Source of the DNA: Alphaproteobacteria bacterium | Lineage (GTDB): Bacteria; Pseudomonadota; Alphaproteobacteria; JAAXGF01 | Length of the DNA stretch: 64,000 nt | NCBI GenBank assembly: GCA_963555825.3 | Contig: CAUVXB020000001.1 | Location: 1,952,001-2,016,000 of the forward strand | Reading direction: 5' to 3' | Shown: positions 9,435 to 19,102 of the stretch, piece after piece | Layout of the letters: each line of letters opens with the position of its first letter | How positions within the stretch are numbered: position 1 is the first letter of the stretch | Notes under the pieces: generated by a model | The model's database searches: none | What the model was told of the DNA's origin: nothing | What the model saw: only the letters and a program-made list of their open reading frames with translations | Made by a program: the position numbers and the translations under genes

Positions 9435-11579
9435 GTGCGCGGCCTGTTCGCCGTCGTCTTGCTGGCGCTCGGATTGGCCGCGGCCGATGCCCGTGCGCAG
9501 ATCGCCACGCTCGACGGTTCGGCGCCCGTGGTGCTGCGCGCCGACGACGTCGCCTATGACAGCCGACAAGGTATCGTCATCGCAACCGGCAATGTCGAGG
9601 TCGCGCAGAACAATCGCATTCTCTTCGCCGACCGGATCACCTTTGACAAGCAGACCAACACCGTCAAGGCATCGGGCAACGTGTCCTTGCTCGAACCGAC
9701 CGGCGAGGTACTGTTCGCCGAGGAGGTCGAGCTGACCGACGAGATGAAGGAAGGCGTGATGCGCGACATCCGCATCATCCTGACCGACAACTCGCGGATG
9801 GCCGCGAACGGCGCAGTGCGTAGCGGCGGCTATCGTACCGAGATGCGCCAGGCCGTATTTTCGCCGTGCAAACTGTGCCCCGATAACCCCGACGCCGCGC
9901 CGCTCTGGCAATTGAAGGCGGCACGCGTGGTGCACGACCAGCGCCGCCACGAAATCGAGTACAGCGACGTCGTGCTCGAGGCCTTCGGTGTGCCGATCGC
10001 GTACGCGCCGTTCTTTTCGCACCCCGATCCGACGGTCAAGCGGCGCAGCGGTTTCCTGACGCCGACTTACCGCAGCGGCAGCGAACTCGGCTTCTCGTTG
10101 CAGGTGCCGTACTACTTCAATTTGGCGCCCAACCGAGACGCGACGCTCGCGCCGATCTTCACCACCAAGGAAGGTCCCGTACTCGTCGGCGAATACCGGG
10201 CGCGCACCGAACGTGGCGAATACCAGCTCGCCGGCAGCATCACCAACCCCGAAAGCCGCGGTCTCAACGGCGAGACGATCGGCGGACGCGACGTACGCGG
10301 TCATATCGAGGGTACTGGGGCCTTCCAGCTTTCAGATGTCTGGCGCTGGGGTTATCAACTCGATCGCGCGACCGACGATACCTACCTTCGTCGTTATAAT
10401 TTCAGTAACGAGGACACGCTCACCAGTCGGCTTTATCTGGAAGGCATCGATGGGCGGAACTATGCCGGCATAAATGGCTACGCGTTTCAAGGTCTAGAGG
10501 TCGACGACGATCCTGGCCAGGCGCCACTCGTCCTGCCCATCGCCGAATACAACCTGGTACTCGAAAAAGGCCTGTTCGGCGGGAATTACACGTTCGACGC
10601 CAATCTGATGTCACTGTCTCGGACCGAGGGAACCGATACCCGCCGGCTCTCCGTCGACGGTGGCTGGCACCTGCCATTCATTGGCAGCGCCGGCGACATT
10701 TACACCCTGAATACGCAGCTTCGCGGCGATCTCTATTGGGTCGATGATCTGGCGAATCGGGGGCGAACGGCATCGAGCGACGAGATCACCGGCCGCATCG
10801 TGCCTTCGCTTTCGCTCGACTGGCGTTATCCGTGGATCCGCCAAGCCGGCACGACGCGCCAAATCATCGAACCTGTCGCGAAAATTGCGGTCAGCCCCTA
10901 TGGCGGTAATCCCGACGGCATTCCCAACGAGGACAGTCAGGACTTCGAGTTCGACCACACCAACCTATTCGATCTGATGCGCTTCCCCGGGCTCGACAGG
11001 GTCGAGGGCGGACCACGGGTGAGCTATGGGTTGCGCGCGGGCGTCTATGGCATTAGCGGCGGCCGCACGACGGCGTTCTTCGGTCAAAGTTACCGCGTCA
11101 AGGCGGATTCAACGTTTGAGCGCGGCAGCGGACTCGAAGATAAATTTTCGGATTTCGTTGGCAGCGTGAACATTTCGCCGGCCGATTTCGTCGACCTCTC
11201 GTTCCGATTTCGGCTGGATCACGACGACCTTTCGCCGCGCCGGTCGGAGGTCAATTTGAATGGCGGGCCCAACTGGCTTCGCATCAACTTTGGATACCTG
11301 TCGCTCGACGACCCACCGGACAATCTCGACGATGACGTCGAAGCGCGTGAGGAGATCAACGTATCGGCCCGCTTTCGGTTCGCCTCAAACTGGTCAATCT
11401 CGGCAAACACCCGACGCAACCTGACCACGGACAATACGATTAGATACGGCTTCGGCATCAACTACGGCGATGAATGTCTGATCTTCTCGACCCGATTCGT
11501 CCGGAGTTTCACCCAAGATCGCGACGTCGAGCCCACAACGTCGATCCAATTCGTTGTCACGCTGCGTAATTTGGGCTGA
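9435..11579 (+). CDS. lptD: LPS assembly outer-membrane protein LptD
   Basis: Signal peptide, OstA-like N-terminus, FSPC..C, KRRSGFL.P, PNEDS, DR.EGG, C-terminal beta strand; GTG start inferred. Confidence 0.92.
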   Translation: MRGLFAVVLLALGLAAADARAQIATLDGSAPVVLRADDVAYDSRQGIVIATGNVEVAQNNRILFADRITFDKQTNTVKASGNVSLLEPTGEVLFAEEVELTDEMKEGVMRDIRIILTDNSRMAANGAVRSGGYRTEMRQAVFSPCKLCPDNPDAAPLWQLKAARVVHDQRRHEIEYSDVVLEAFGVPIAYAPFFSHPDPTVKRRSGFLTPTYRSGSELGFSLQVPYYFNLAPNRDATLAPIFTTKEGPVLVGEYRARTERGEYQLAGSITNPESRGLNGETIGGRDVRGHIEGTGAFQLSDVWRWGYQLDRATDDTYLRRYNFSNEDTLTSRLYLEGIDGRNYAGINGYAFQGLEVDDDPGQAPLVLPIAEYNLVLEKGLFGGNYTFDANLMSLSRTEGTDTRRLSVDGGWHLPFIGSAGDIYTLNTQLRGDLYWVDDLANRGRTASSDEITGRIVPSLSLDWRYPWIRQAGTTRQIIEPVAKIAVSPYGGNPDGIPNEDSQDFEFDHTNLFDLMRFPGLDRVEGGPRVSYGLRAGVYGISGGRTTAFFGQSYRVKADSTFERGSGLEDKFSDFVGSVNISPADFVDLSFRFRLDHDDLSPRRSEVNLNGGPNWLRINFGYLSLDDPPDNLDDDVEAREEINVSARFRFASNWSISANTRRNLTTDNTIRYGFGINYGDECLIFSTRFVRSFTQDRDVEPTTSIQFVVTLRNLG

Positions 11580-11716
11580 CCGCCACCACGCCGCACCCGT
11601 CAACGCATGCGACGGCGTCACTCGGGGTGACGCTGCACCGTGGCGTTACGCGAAGATTTGATATATTCCTTGCGCGACCGATCGTGATCGGATCGGACCT
11701 CGAACGGTTTTCAGGG

Positions 11717-12997
11717 ATGAAACGTCACTACACCCTTGCCACACTCGCGTTCGTCATGGTCGCGCTGGTTCAGCTCACCCTTGCGCCCCATGCAACAGCG
11801 CAGGAGGTGCAGCGCATCGCGGCCATCGTCAACGACGAAGTCGTCTCGGTGATGGACTTGGTCGGCCGAATCAATTTGGTCATCTTTTCAACGGGGCTCC
11901 AGGATTCGGCCGAGACCCGCAAGCGTATCGGGCCCCAAGTCCTGCGCACGCTGATCGACGAGCGATTGCGCTTGCAGGAAGCGAAGCGTCGGAACATTAC
12001 CGTGACGGAAGCCGAATTGCGCGAAAGAATTCGATTGATCGAGCAGCAGAACAACATCCCCGAGAACCAGATTACCAAATTCCTGGAGGCACAGCGCATC
12101 GCACCCGAATCCATGTTTACCCAAATTCGATCGGAAATTTCCTGGATCAAGCTGGTGCGCCGACGGCTGCAATCGACCGTGACGATTTCGGATGACGAGG
12201 TCGACGAATGGTTCGCCCAACGCCAGGCGAGCGAAGGCCGGACCGAGTATCGTCTGTCAGAAATCTTCACCATCGTCGAAAATACCCGGGAAGACGCCGA
12301 AATTCGCGACAGTGCGACACGAATTGTCGACCAGTTGCGCGGCGGCGCGGATTTCGCAAGCATGGCTCGGCAGCTTTCGAACGGGGTCACGGCGGCAACC
12401 GGGGGCGACGCCGGCTGGGTTCTGCAAGAACAACTACAAGAGGAAGTCAGCGCCGCGGTCGTGGCGCTAGAACCGGGCCAAATTTCCGATCCGATAAGCA
12501 CGAGTGGCGGCTACCTGATCGTTCTTTTACGTGATCGCCGGGAACGTCTCGCCACGAAGCCCAACGAAGTAAAGGTCGCGCTGAAACAGATTCTTTTGCC
12601 CGTCTCGGGCGACGCCGGCGCTGACGAAATCGAGAGCCAAACAGAGCTCGCCCGGGAGATAAGCGGCACGGTCGCGGGTTGCGATGACATGGCCCGAACA
12701 GCCGCCGAGCTGGACCCATCAACCTCGGGCGATGTCGGCACCGTACGTATCGGCGATTTGCCGGTTACCCTACGATCGGCGGTGCTCGGGCTCGAAATTG
12801 GCAAAATCAGCCAACCCGTGCGAACCGAATCCGGCATCCATCTCTTGATGGTTTGTGAGCGGATCGAGCCGCCGGGATCGCGAATGCCGAATCGGGAAGA
12901 GGTTCGCGCCCGTTTGATGGAGAACAAGCTTGAATCTCTCTCGCGCCGCTACCTTCGTAATCTGCGCCGCGAAGCCTTCGTGGACATCCGTATATGA
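11717..12997 (+). CDS. surA: Periplasmic peptidyl-prolyl isomerase/chaperone SurA
   Basis: Signal peptide, IAAIVNDE, parvulin-like GGDAGW, YLRNLRREAFVD; lies between lptD and pdxA. Confidence 0.9.
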   Translation: MKRHYTLATLAFVMVALVQLTLAPHATAQEVQRIAAIVNDEVVSVMDLVGRINLVIFSTGLQDSAETRKRIGPQVLRTLIDERLRLQEAKRRNITVTEAELRERIRLIEQQNNIPENQITKFLEAQRIAPESMFTQIRSEISWIKLVRRRLQSTVTISDDEVDEWFAQRQASEGRTEYRLSEIFTIVENTREDAEIRDSATRIVDQLRGGADFASMARQLSNGVTAATGGDAGWVLQEQLQEEVSAAVVALEPGQISDPISTSGGYLIVLLRDRRERLATKPNEVKVALKQILLPVSGDAGADEIESQTELAREISGTVAGCDDMARTAAELDPSTSGDVGTVRIGDLPVTLRSAVLGLEIGKISQPVRTESGIHLLMVCERIEPPGSRMPNREEVRARLMENKLESLSRRYLRNLRREAFVDIRI

Positions 12998-14010
12998 CCG
13001 AGCGTCGTTCAGGCTCGCCACTCGCCGTAACGATGGGTGAGCCGGCAGGCATCGGCGGCGACATTTCTTTGAAAGCATGGCGACGCCGCACCGAGTTGGA
13101 GCGCCCATTTTTCGTCATCGACGATCCCGACCGCCTGCGCTCGCTGTCGGCACGGATGAACATCGACGTTCCGGTCGCCGAGATTGCCGAACCCGAAGAG
13201 GCGGCCGCGGCATTCGGTGAGGCGTTGCCCGTCCTGCGCCAATCGATCGATGCCCCGGTCGTACCGGGGAGACTCGACGCCGCAAACGCGCCGGCCGTCA
13301 TCGCCGCCATCGACCGTGCTGTTGCCCTGGCGATCGGCGGCAGGGTCGCGGCCATCGTGACCAACCCGATACACAAGAAGTGCCTCTATCAGGCCGGCTT
13401 CGATTACCCCGGCCACACCGAATATCTCGCTGCCCTGGCGGGTGGTGGCGCGCGGTCGGTGATGATGCTTGCCTGCCCGGGGCTGCGTGTCGTGCCGGTA
13501 ACCATTCACATGGCGCTCGGTGATGCCATCGCCGCGCTCGACGCCGACGACATCGTGCGCTGCGGCGCCGTCACCGACCACGCATTGCGACACGACTTCG
13601 CCATCGCAGCGCCACGCATCGCGGTCGCCGGGCTCAACCCGCACGCCGGCGAGGATGGCAGCATCGGCCGTGACGAGATCGAAACCATTGCACCGGCGGT
13701 CGCGCGGCTCGCCCGGGCGGGTGTCGATGTCAGCGGGCCCGCGCCGGCCGACAGCCTGTTCCACGCACGCGCACGCGCTTCATACGATGCCGTACTGTGC
13801 ATGTATCACGACCAGGCACTAATCCCACTCAAGACGATTGATTTCGACCGCGGGGTCAACATCACGCTCGGCCTGCCGTTCGTCCGCACCTCGCCGGACC
13901 ACGGCACCGCCCTCGACATCGCGGGCAGCGGCGCGGCGCGCGAGGACAGTTTGCTTGCCGCCCTCGCGACCGCCGCCGAGATCGCGCGCAACAGACGAAA
14001 CGATGGTTGA
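12994..14010 (+). CDS. pdxA: 4-hydroxythreonine-4-phosphate dehydrogenase
   Basis: TMGEPAGIG, GHTEYL, GLNPHAGE, MYHDQ, RTSPDHGTA. Confidence 0.97.
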   Translation: MTERRSGSPLAVTMGEPAGIGGDISLKAWRRRTELERPFFVIDDPDRLRSLSARMNIDVPVAEIAEPEEAAAAFGEALPVLRQSIDAPVVPGRLDAANAPAVIAAIDRAVALAIGGRVAAIVTNPIHKKCLYQAGFDYPGHTEYLAALAGGGARSVMMLACPGLRVVPVTIHMALGDAIAALDADDIVRCGAVTDHALRHDFAIAAPRIAVAGLNPHAGEDGSIGRDEIETIAPAVARLARAGVDVSGPAPADSLFHARARASYDAVLCMYHDQALIPLKTIDFDRGVNITLGLPFVRTSPDHGTALDIAGSGAAREDSLLAALATAAEIARNRRNDG

Positions 14011-14860
14011 ACCGCCGCCGGCGGTCGCGCTGCCGCCGCTTCGCGAGGTTATCGCCCGCTACCGCCTCAGTGCCCGCAAGTCGCTGGGACAAAACTTCCT
14101 GCTCGATCTCAACTTAATCGATCGCATCGCCCGTGCCGCCGGTGACACCACGAGGACATCGATCATCGAAATCGGGCCGGGACCCGGCGGGTTGACGCGC
14201 GCCCTGCTCGCCAACGGCGCCCAAGCGGTGATCGCCGTCGAGCGCGATCCGCGGTGCATAGAGGCGCTCGCGGAGCTCGCCGGCGCCTACCCCGACAGGC
14301 TGCGCATCATCGAGGGCGACGCGCTCGACATCGACGCGGCATTGCTTGCGCCGGCGCCGCGCGCCATCGTCGCCAACCTGCCCTACAACATCGCGACACC
14401 GCTGATGTTCGCCTGGCTCGGCAACATCGGCGCGTTCACCAGCCTCACGCTCATGCTGCAACGGGAAGTCGCGTTGCGCATCACCGCCCGGCCGGGCAGC
14501 CGGGATTACGGCCGGCTATCGATCGCCGCTCAATGGCGCTGCGAGACATGGCGGCTGTTCGACGTGCCGCCCACCGCCTTCGTCCCGGCGCCGAAAGTGA
14601 CCTCGAGCATCGTCCGTTTCGTGCCGCGCCCCGAACCGCTCGCGCCAGCCGACGCGGCGACGTTGGAACGGGTCGTCGCGGCAGCCTTCGGTCAAAGACG
14701 GAAGATGCTGCGCTCGAGCCTCAGACAGCTCGGCGTCGACGCCGAAGGTCTTCTGGCCGACGCCGGTATCACACCGACATTGCGGGCCGAGGATATCGAC
14801 ATCGAGGGCTTCTGTTCGATCGCCCGCGCCTTCGCGGCGCGCGACGACGCCGCATCATGA
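14003..14860 (+). CDS. rsmA: 16S rRNA m6,2A dimethyltransferase
   Basis: KSLGQNFL, EIGPGPG, ANLPYNI, RRKMLR. Confidence 0.96.
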   Translation: MVEPPPAVALPPLREVIARYRLSARKSLGQNFLLDLNLIDRIARAAGDTTRTSIIEIGPGPGGLTRALLANGAQAVIAVERDPRCIEALAELAGAYPDRLRIIEGDALDIDAALLAPAPRAIVANLPYNIATPLMFAWLGNIGAFTSLTLMLQREVALRITARPGSRDYGRLSIAAQWRCETWRLFDVPPTAFVPAPKVTSSIVRFVPRPEPLAPADAATLERVVAAAFGQRRKMLRSSLRQLGVDAEGLLADAGITPTLRAEDIDIEGFCSIARAFAARDDAAS

Positions 14861-14953
14861 CCCTTGCAGCCGCCATGTCGGTCGTGTAGAGAGCGTCTCG
14901 AGCGAGGGTGGCCCCGTCGGGCCGCCCGTTGACCGGCGGAAGAGAACCCAGGC

Positions 14954-15049
14954 ATGTCCTGCGTTACCTGTACAGAACGGCGACGACGACGACATACGCC
15001 CGCACGACCGTGCGCGGCGTCCGCCGCCGGCTATCGCCTGTCCAGGTAA
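14954..15049 (+). promoter_or_regulatory. Putative Arg-rich leader peptide uORF (MSCVTCTERRRRRHTPARPCAASAAGYRLSR)
   Basis: ATG 14954 after purine-rich GGAAGAGA; CGG CGA CGA CGA CGA run; TAA at 15047-15049; 110 nt upstream of the GNAT start. Confidence 0.6.
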
Positions 15050-15159
15050 GCGCGCCACCACCAGAACCCCGCGTTCAGCGCACTTCCCGACATCGTCGAC
15101 CCGGCATGCGGACGCAATACGTCCCAACCAAGTTTCGACCAAAAAGCCGGTGTCTGACC

Positions 15160-15693
15160 ATGATTACGATCGTTCCCCAACGGCCCGCCGACGCGCCGAT
15201 CATCGAGCAACTCCTCGACGGCGCCTTCGAACCCGAGCGTCGGTTGCGGCCCGCCTATAGCCTGCGCGGCAATGCCGCACCGCTCGACGAACTCGCTTTT
15301 ATCGCGCGTGCCGACGGGCGGCTTGTCGGCACCATACAATTCTGGCCGGTGACGATCGGTCGTACCTCGGCCGCCTTGTTGCTCGGTCCGCTCGCCGTCG
15401 TGGAAGCCTTCCGCCGCCGTGGCGTCGCCGCCGCGCTGGTCGGCCACGGCCTAGATGCGGCACGCGATCAAGGCCACCGCATCGTCGCCGCGATCGGCGA
15501 GATGCCAGTGTTCGTGCGCTTCGGGTTCGTTGCAGCGCTTGATCAGGGCCTGACGATGCCAGTGCCGGTCGCGCCGGCGCGCTTCTTGGCTTGCGCGTTG
15601 ACACCGGGTGCGCTCGACGGCGTCGGCGGTGTCTTGGGATCGGCCGTGGCGGCCGGCGCGTCGCCAGTCAGGACGCTTCGCCGAGCGATCTGA
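15160..15693 (+). CDS. GNAT family N-acetyltransferase (YhbS-like)
   Basis: LLGPLAV..FRRRGVA acetyl-CoA motif, F.RFGF; overlaps the convergent gmk 3' end. Confidence 0.85.
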   Translation: MITIVPQRPADAPIIEQLLDGAFEPERRLRPAYSLRGNAAPLDELAFIARADGRLVGTIQFWPVTIGRTSAALLLGPLAVVEAFRRRGVAAALVGHGLDAARDQGHRIVAAIGEMPVFVRFGFVAALDQGLTMPVPVAPARFLACALTPGALDGVGGVLGSAVAAGASPVRTLRRAI

Positions 15694-16300
15694 CGAAGCG
15701 GGCGAGACCTTCGTCGCGGCGCGTGCGACGCAGTCGCTCGGCCTTCAGGATGGCGCGGACATTGGCGACGCTCTCGTCGAGGACGTCGTTGACGATGACG
15801 TAGTCGTATTCCGGCCAATGGCTCATCTGTTCGGCGGCGAGTTTCATGCGCTCGGCGACGACCGTATCGGAATCCTGGGCGCGCCCGCGCAAGCGCCGCT
15901 CGAGCTCGGCCATCGACGGCGGCAGGATAAAGACGCGCACGACGTTTTCAGGCATCGCCGTGGCGAGGTCCCTGGCGCCCTGCCAATCGACGTCGAACAG
16001 CACATCGGTGCCGAGATCGAGCGCCTCGACGACGGGCGCGCGCGGCGTGCCATACGCGTTGCCAAAGACGGTTGCGTGTTCGAGCAGCTCGCCCTCGGCC
16101 GCCATCTCGTCGAACCGCTCTCGGTCGACGAAGTAATAATGTTTGCCTTCGCGCTCACCGGTGCGCTGCGGCCGGGTCGTCGCCGAGACCGACAGAGGCA
16201 TTTCCTCGAGGTCGGATATCGCGAGTGCGATCGCGGTCTTGCCCGCCCCCGAGGGGGACGACAGGACGAGCATCAGTCCTTGGCGGCCTATCATCGGCAT
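15668..16300 (-). CDS. gmk: Guanylate kinase
   Basis: SSPSGAGKT, SVSATTR, YGTP, DVDWQGA, ILPPS; start approximate. Confidence 0.95.
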   Translation of the reverse strand: MPMIGRQGLMLVLSSPSGAGKTAIALAISDLEEMPLSVSATTRPQRTGEREGKHYYFVDRERFDEMAAEGELLEHATVFGNAYGTPRAPVVEALDLGTDVLFDVDWQGARDLATAMPENVVRVFILPPSMAELERRLRGRAQDSDTVVAERMKLAAEQMSHWPEYDYVIVNDVLDESVANVRAILKAERLRRTRRDEGLARFVRSLGEAS

Positions 16301-16317
16301 GGTCACACGCAACATTC

Positions 16318-17205
16318 CTATTCGAGGTTCTGTACCTGCTCGCGCAACTGGTCGATCACCACCTTGAGATCGAGCCCGATGCGCGTGAGTTCGACATCCG
16401 TCGCCTTCGAACACAGGGTGTTGGCCTCACGGTTGAATTCCTGGCACAGGAAGTCGAGCCGGCGGCCGACGGCGCCGCCCGCTTCGATCAGTTCGCGCGC
16501 CGCGGCGACATGGGCACGCAGCCGATCGATTTCCTCGCGACCGTCGGATTTGACCAGCAACAACGCAACCTCCTGGGCAAGCCGCTCCTCGGGCAACGCG
16601 GGCGTCGCATCGATCAATGCGCCGACGCGCTCGTTCAGGCGCGCACGCAGCGCTTCAGGCTGCAGCGCGGCATTATCCGCCGCTTGTTCGGCGAGCTTGG
16701 CAATCTCGTCGAGTTGATCGGCAAGCACCGCGGCGATGCGCGCACCCTCGTCCTGGCGTGACGCAAGCAGCGCGTCCAGGGTCTCGCGTAAGTTGCTGAC
16801 GATCAGCGCGTCGCGCTGACTGCGCGTCTCGGGCGCCTCCTCCTCCTCCGCCAGCTCAACGACGCCACGGATTGCCAACAGTGCCTCGAGCGAGGGCGGC
16901 GCGGCATCGACGTCTTGGCGCAGTTCGCGGCAAACATCGAGCATCTGATCAAGCGCATCGCGGTTGACGCTGAGACGCGTCTGCCCTTGGCCACCGTCGA
17001 TTTGCAGGGAGACGGACAGGCTGCCGCGAGCGAACAACTTGCCGGCGATACGGCGGATTTCGGGATCGATCGCGTCCATACCGGCCGGCAGCCGGCACCG
17101 GACATCGAGCCCGCGTCCATTGACGCTCTTGGCTTCCCAGGCCCAGGCGACAGAGCCGTCCTGGCCCGCGCCACGCGCGAAACCGGTCATGCTGGCAACG
17201 GGCAC
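16318..17205 (-). CDS. yicC: YicC/YloC family endoribonuclease
   Basis: SMTGFA, KSVNGRGLD, GRRLDFLCQEFNREANTLCSK, REQVQNLE. Confidence 0.94.
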   Translation of the reverse strand: MPVASMTGFARGAGQDGSVAWAWEAKSVNGRGLDVRCRLPAGMDAIDPEIRRIAGKLFARGSLSVSLQIDGGQGQTRLSVNRDALDQMLDVCRELRQDVDAAPPSLEALLAIRGVVELAEEEEAPETRSQRDALIVSNLRETLDALLASRQDEGARIAAVLADQLDEIAKLAEQAADNAALQPEALRARLNERVGALIDATPALPEERLAQEVALLLVKSDGREEIDRLRAHVAAARELIEAGGAVGRRLDFLCQEFNREANTLCSKATDVELTRIGLDLKVVIDQLREQVQNLE

Positions 17206-17323
17206 TGGCTCCTCGTAAGGTAATGATTGCAGCGGTTTGCGTCCGCCATGGCGGGCCTAAGCACTATATACTCAGCGTACTGGAGCCAACAAGCCACCAG
17301 CGACGGAAACTGCGAAAGGCAGC

Positions 17324-18100
17324 ATGCGAAATCCACGGTCGATTCTGATCACCGGCGCGAGCAGCGGTCTGGGCGCCGCGCTCGCCGAGGCGTATGCCGC
17401 CGACGGCGCCACCTTCGCGCTCATCGGGCGCAACGAAGAGCGACTCGAGGCCGTCGCCTCGCGCTGTCGCGCCCAGGGCGCACAAGCCGAATGCGCCACC
17501 ATCGACGTCACCGATGCCGCCACGCTCGCAGCATGGATCGCCGACATCGACGACCGTGCGTCGCTCGACCTGGTCATCGCCAATGCCGGCATCTCGGGCG
17601 GCACGTCGGGCGGCGAAGGCGAGGATCAGGCGCGGCGCATCTTCGCCGTCAATCTCGACGGCGTACTCAACACCGTGTTGCCGGTGATACCGCGCATGCG
17701 CGCGCGGCGCCGCGGCCAAATCGCTCTGATGAGTTCGCTCGCCGCGTTCCGTGGCTTTCCTGGCGCGCCGGCCTACTGTGCGACCAAAGCAGCGGTCAAG
17801 CATTGGGGCGAGGCGCTGCGCGGCACCCTGCGTGGCGACGGCGTTGAGGTATCGGTCATTTGTCCCGGCTTCGTCCGCTCGGCGATGACCGATGCCAACC
17901 CGTTCCCGATGCCGATGCTGATGGACTCAGGCCCCGCCGCCGCCCTGATCAAGCGCCGTCTGGCGCGCAACGCCGCGCGCATCGCATTCCCCTGGCCGAT
18001 GTACGCGGCCGTCTGGTTCTTCGGCATGCTGCCGCCGCTGATCACCGACCCGCTGTTCGCCCGCCTGCCCGAGAAACCGACGCTGCCCGAGGACGTCTAG
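17324..18100 (+). CDS. Short-chain dehydrogenase/reductase
   Basis: ITGASSGLG, ANAGI, YCATK, PGFV. Confidence 0.9.
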   Translation: MRNPRSILITGASSGLGAALAEAYAADGATFALIGRNEERLEAVASRCRAQGAQAECATIDVTDAATLAAWIADIDDRASLDLVIANAGISGGTSGGEGEDQARRIFAVNLDGVLNTVLPVIPRMRARRRGQIALMSSLAAFRGFPGAPAYCATKAAVKHWGEALRGTLRGDGVEVSVICPGFVRSAMTDANPFPMPMLMDSGPAAALIKRRLARNAARIAFPWPMYAAVWFFGMLPPLITDPLFARLPEKPTLPEDV

Positions 18101-18105
18101 CGTCT

Positions 18106-19098
18106 TTACTGGGTTTGCTGCTTGCGGGTGCGCTGGATCTTGCGCCACTTTGCGACGTTACGATTGTGCTCGGCGAGCGTCTCGGCGAAGGCGTGGCCAC
18201 CGGTGCCGTCGGCGACGAAATAGATGTCCTTGGTCGGCAGTGGATCGAGCACGGCGGCGATCGCGGCGCGCCCCGGATTGGCGATCGGCATCGGCGGCAG
18301 GCCGGTGACGCGGTACGTGTTGTAGGGGCTGTCGACATCGAGGTCGGCGCGCGTCAACGGCCGGTCCATGGCGCCGTCGGGGCCGGCGATGGCGTAGATT
18401 ACCGTGGTGTCCGACTGCAGGCGCATGCCCTGGTTTAGCCGGTTGACGAAGACCCCCGCGACGTGCCGCCGTTCCTCGGCGAGCGCGGTCTCCTTCTCAA
18501 CGATCGAGGCAAGTACGCGCGCTTCGGCGGGCGACGCCAGCGGCAGGCCCTCGGCACGGTCGGCCCATAGCTCCGCCAGTGCCGTATCCATCGCACGGCG
18601 CATGCGGTCGGCGATCTCGCGGCGCTTGTCATCGCGCGAGTAATAGTAGGTCTCCGGCAACAACGTGCCCTCGCCCGACACCTCGCCGGTCTCGCCCACG
18701 AGATTGGCCGCGCTGGCAATCATCGCCAGCGTCTGGCGGTTGGTCAGGCCTTCGGGAATGGTCAGGCGGTGCTGAACGGTGCGTCCGCCCAGCAGAACCG
18801 CCATCACGCCCTCGGCGCTGATGCCGGGTGCGAACGCGTACTCGCCGGCCCGCAACGCGCGCGCCTTGCCCGATGCGCGCACGCCGATGGCAAAGACCCA
18901 CCACCGCTCGACGACACCCGCCTTCGCCAGACGCTGCGCGAGTTCGTCGAGGCCAATGCCCTGGGGCAGCATGACGACAATTTCCTCGCGCGCCGGGCCG
19001 GGCCGCTCGAACGCCTGGCGGCCCCATTGGTAGGCGGTCGCGGCGGTAGCGGCGACGATCAGAAGGAATAAGGCGGTACGGGCGAGGATCCGCCGCAC
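18106..19098 (-). CDS. mltG: Endolytic transglycosylase MltG
   Basis: N-terminal TM, LASIVEKET, SPYNTY, GLPP.PI.NPG, YFVADG. Confidence 0.94.
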   Translation of the reverse strand: MRRILARTALFLLIVAATAATAYQWGRQAFERPGPAREEIVVMLPQGIGLDELAQRLAKAGVVERWWVFAIGVRASGKARALRAGEYAFAPGISAEGVMAVLLGGRTVQHRLTIPEGLTNRQTLAMIASAANLVGETGEVSGEGTLLPETYYYSRDDKRREIADRMRRAMDTALAELWADRAEGLPLASPAEARVLASIVEKETALAEERRHVAGVFVNRLNQGMRLQSDTTVIYAIAGPDGAMDRPLTRADLDVDSPYNTYRVTGLPPMPIANPGRAAIAAVLDPLPTKDIYFVADGTGGHAFAETLAEHNRNVAKWRKIQRTRKQQTQ

Positions 19099-19102
19099 GG
19101 AC

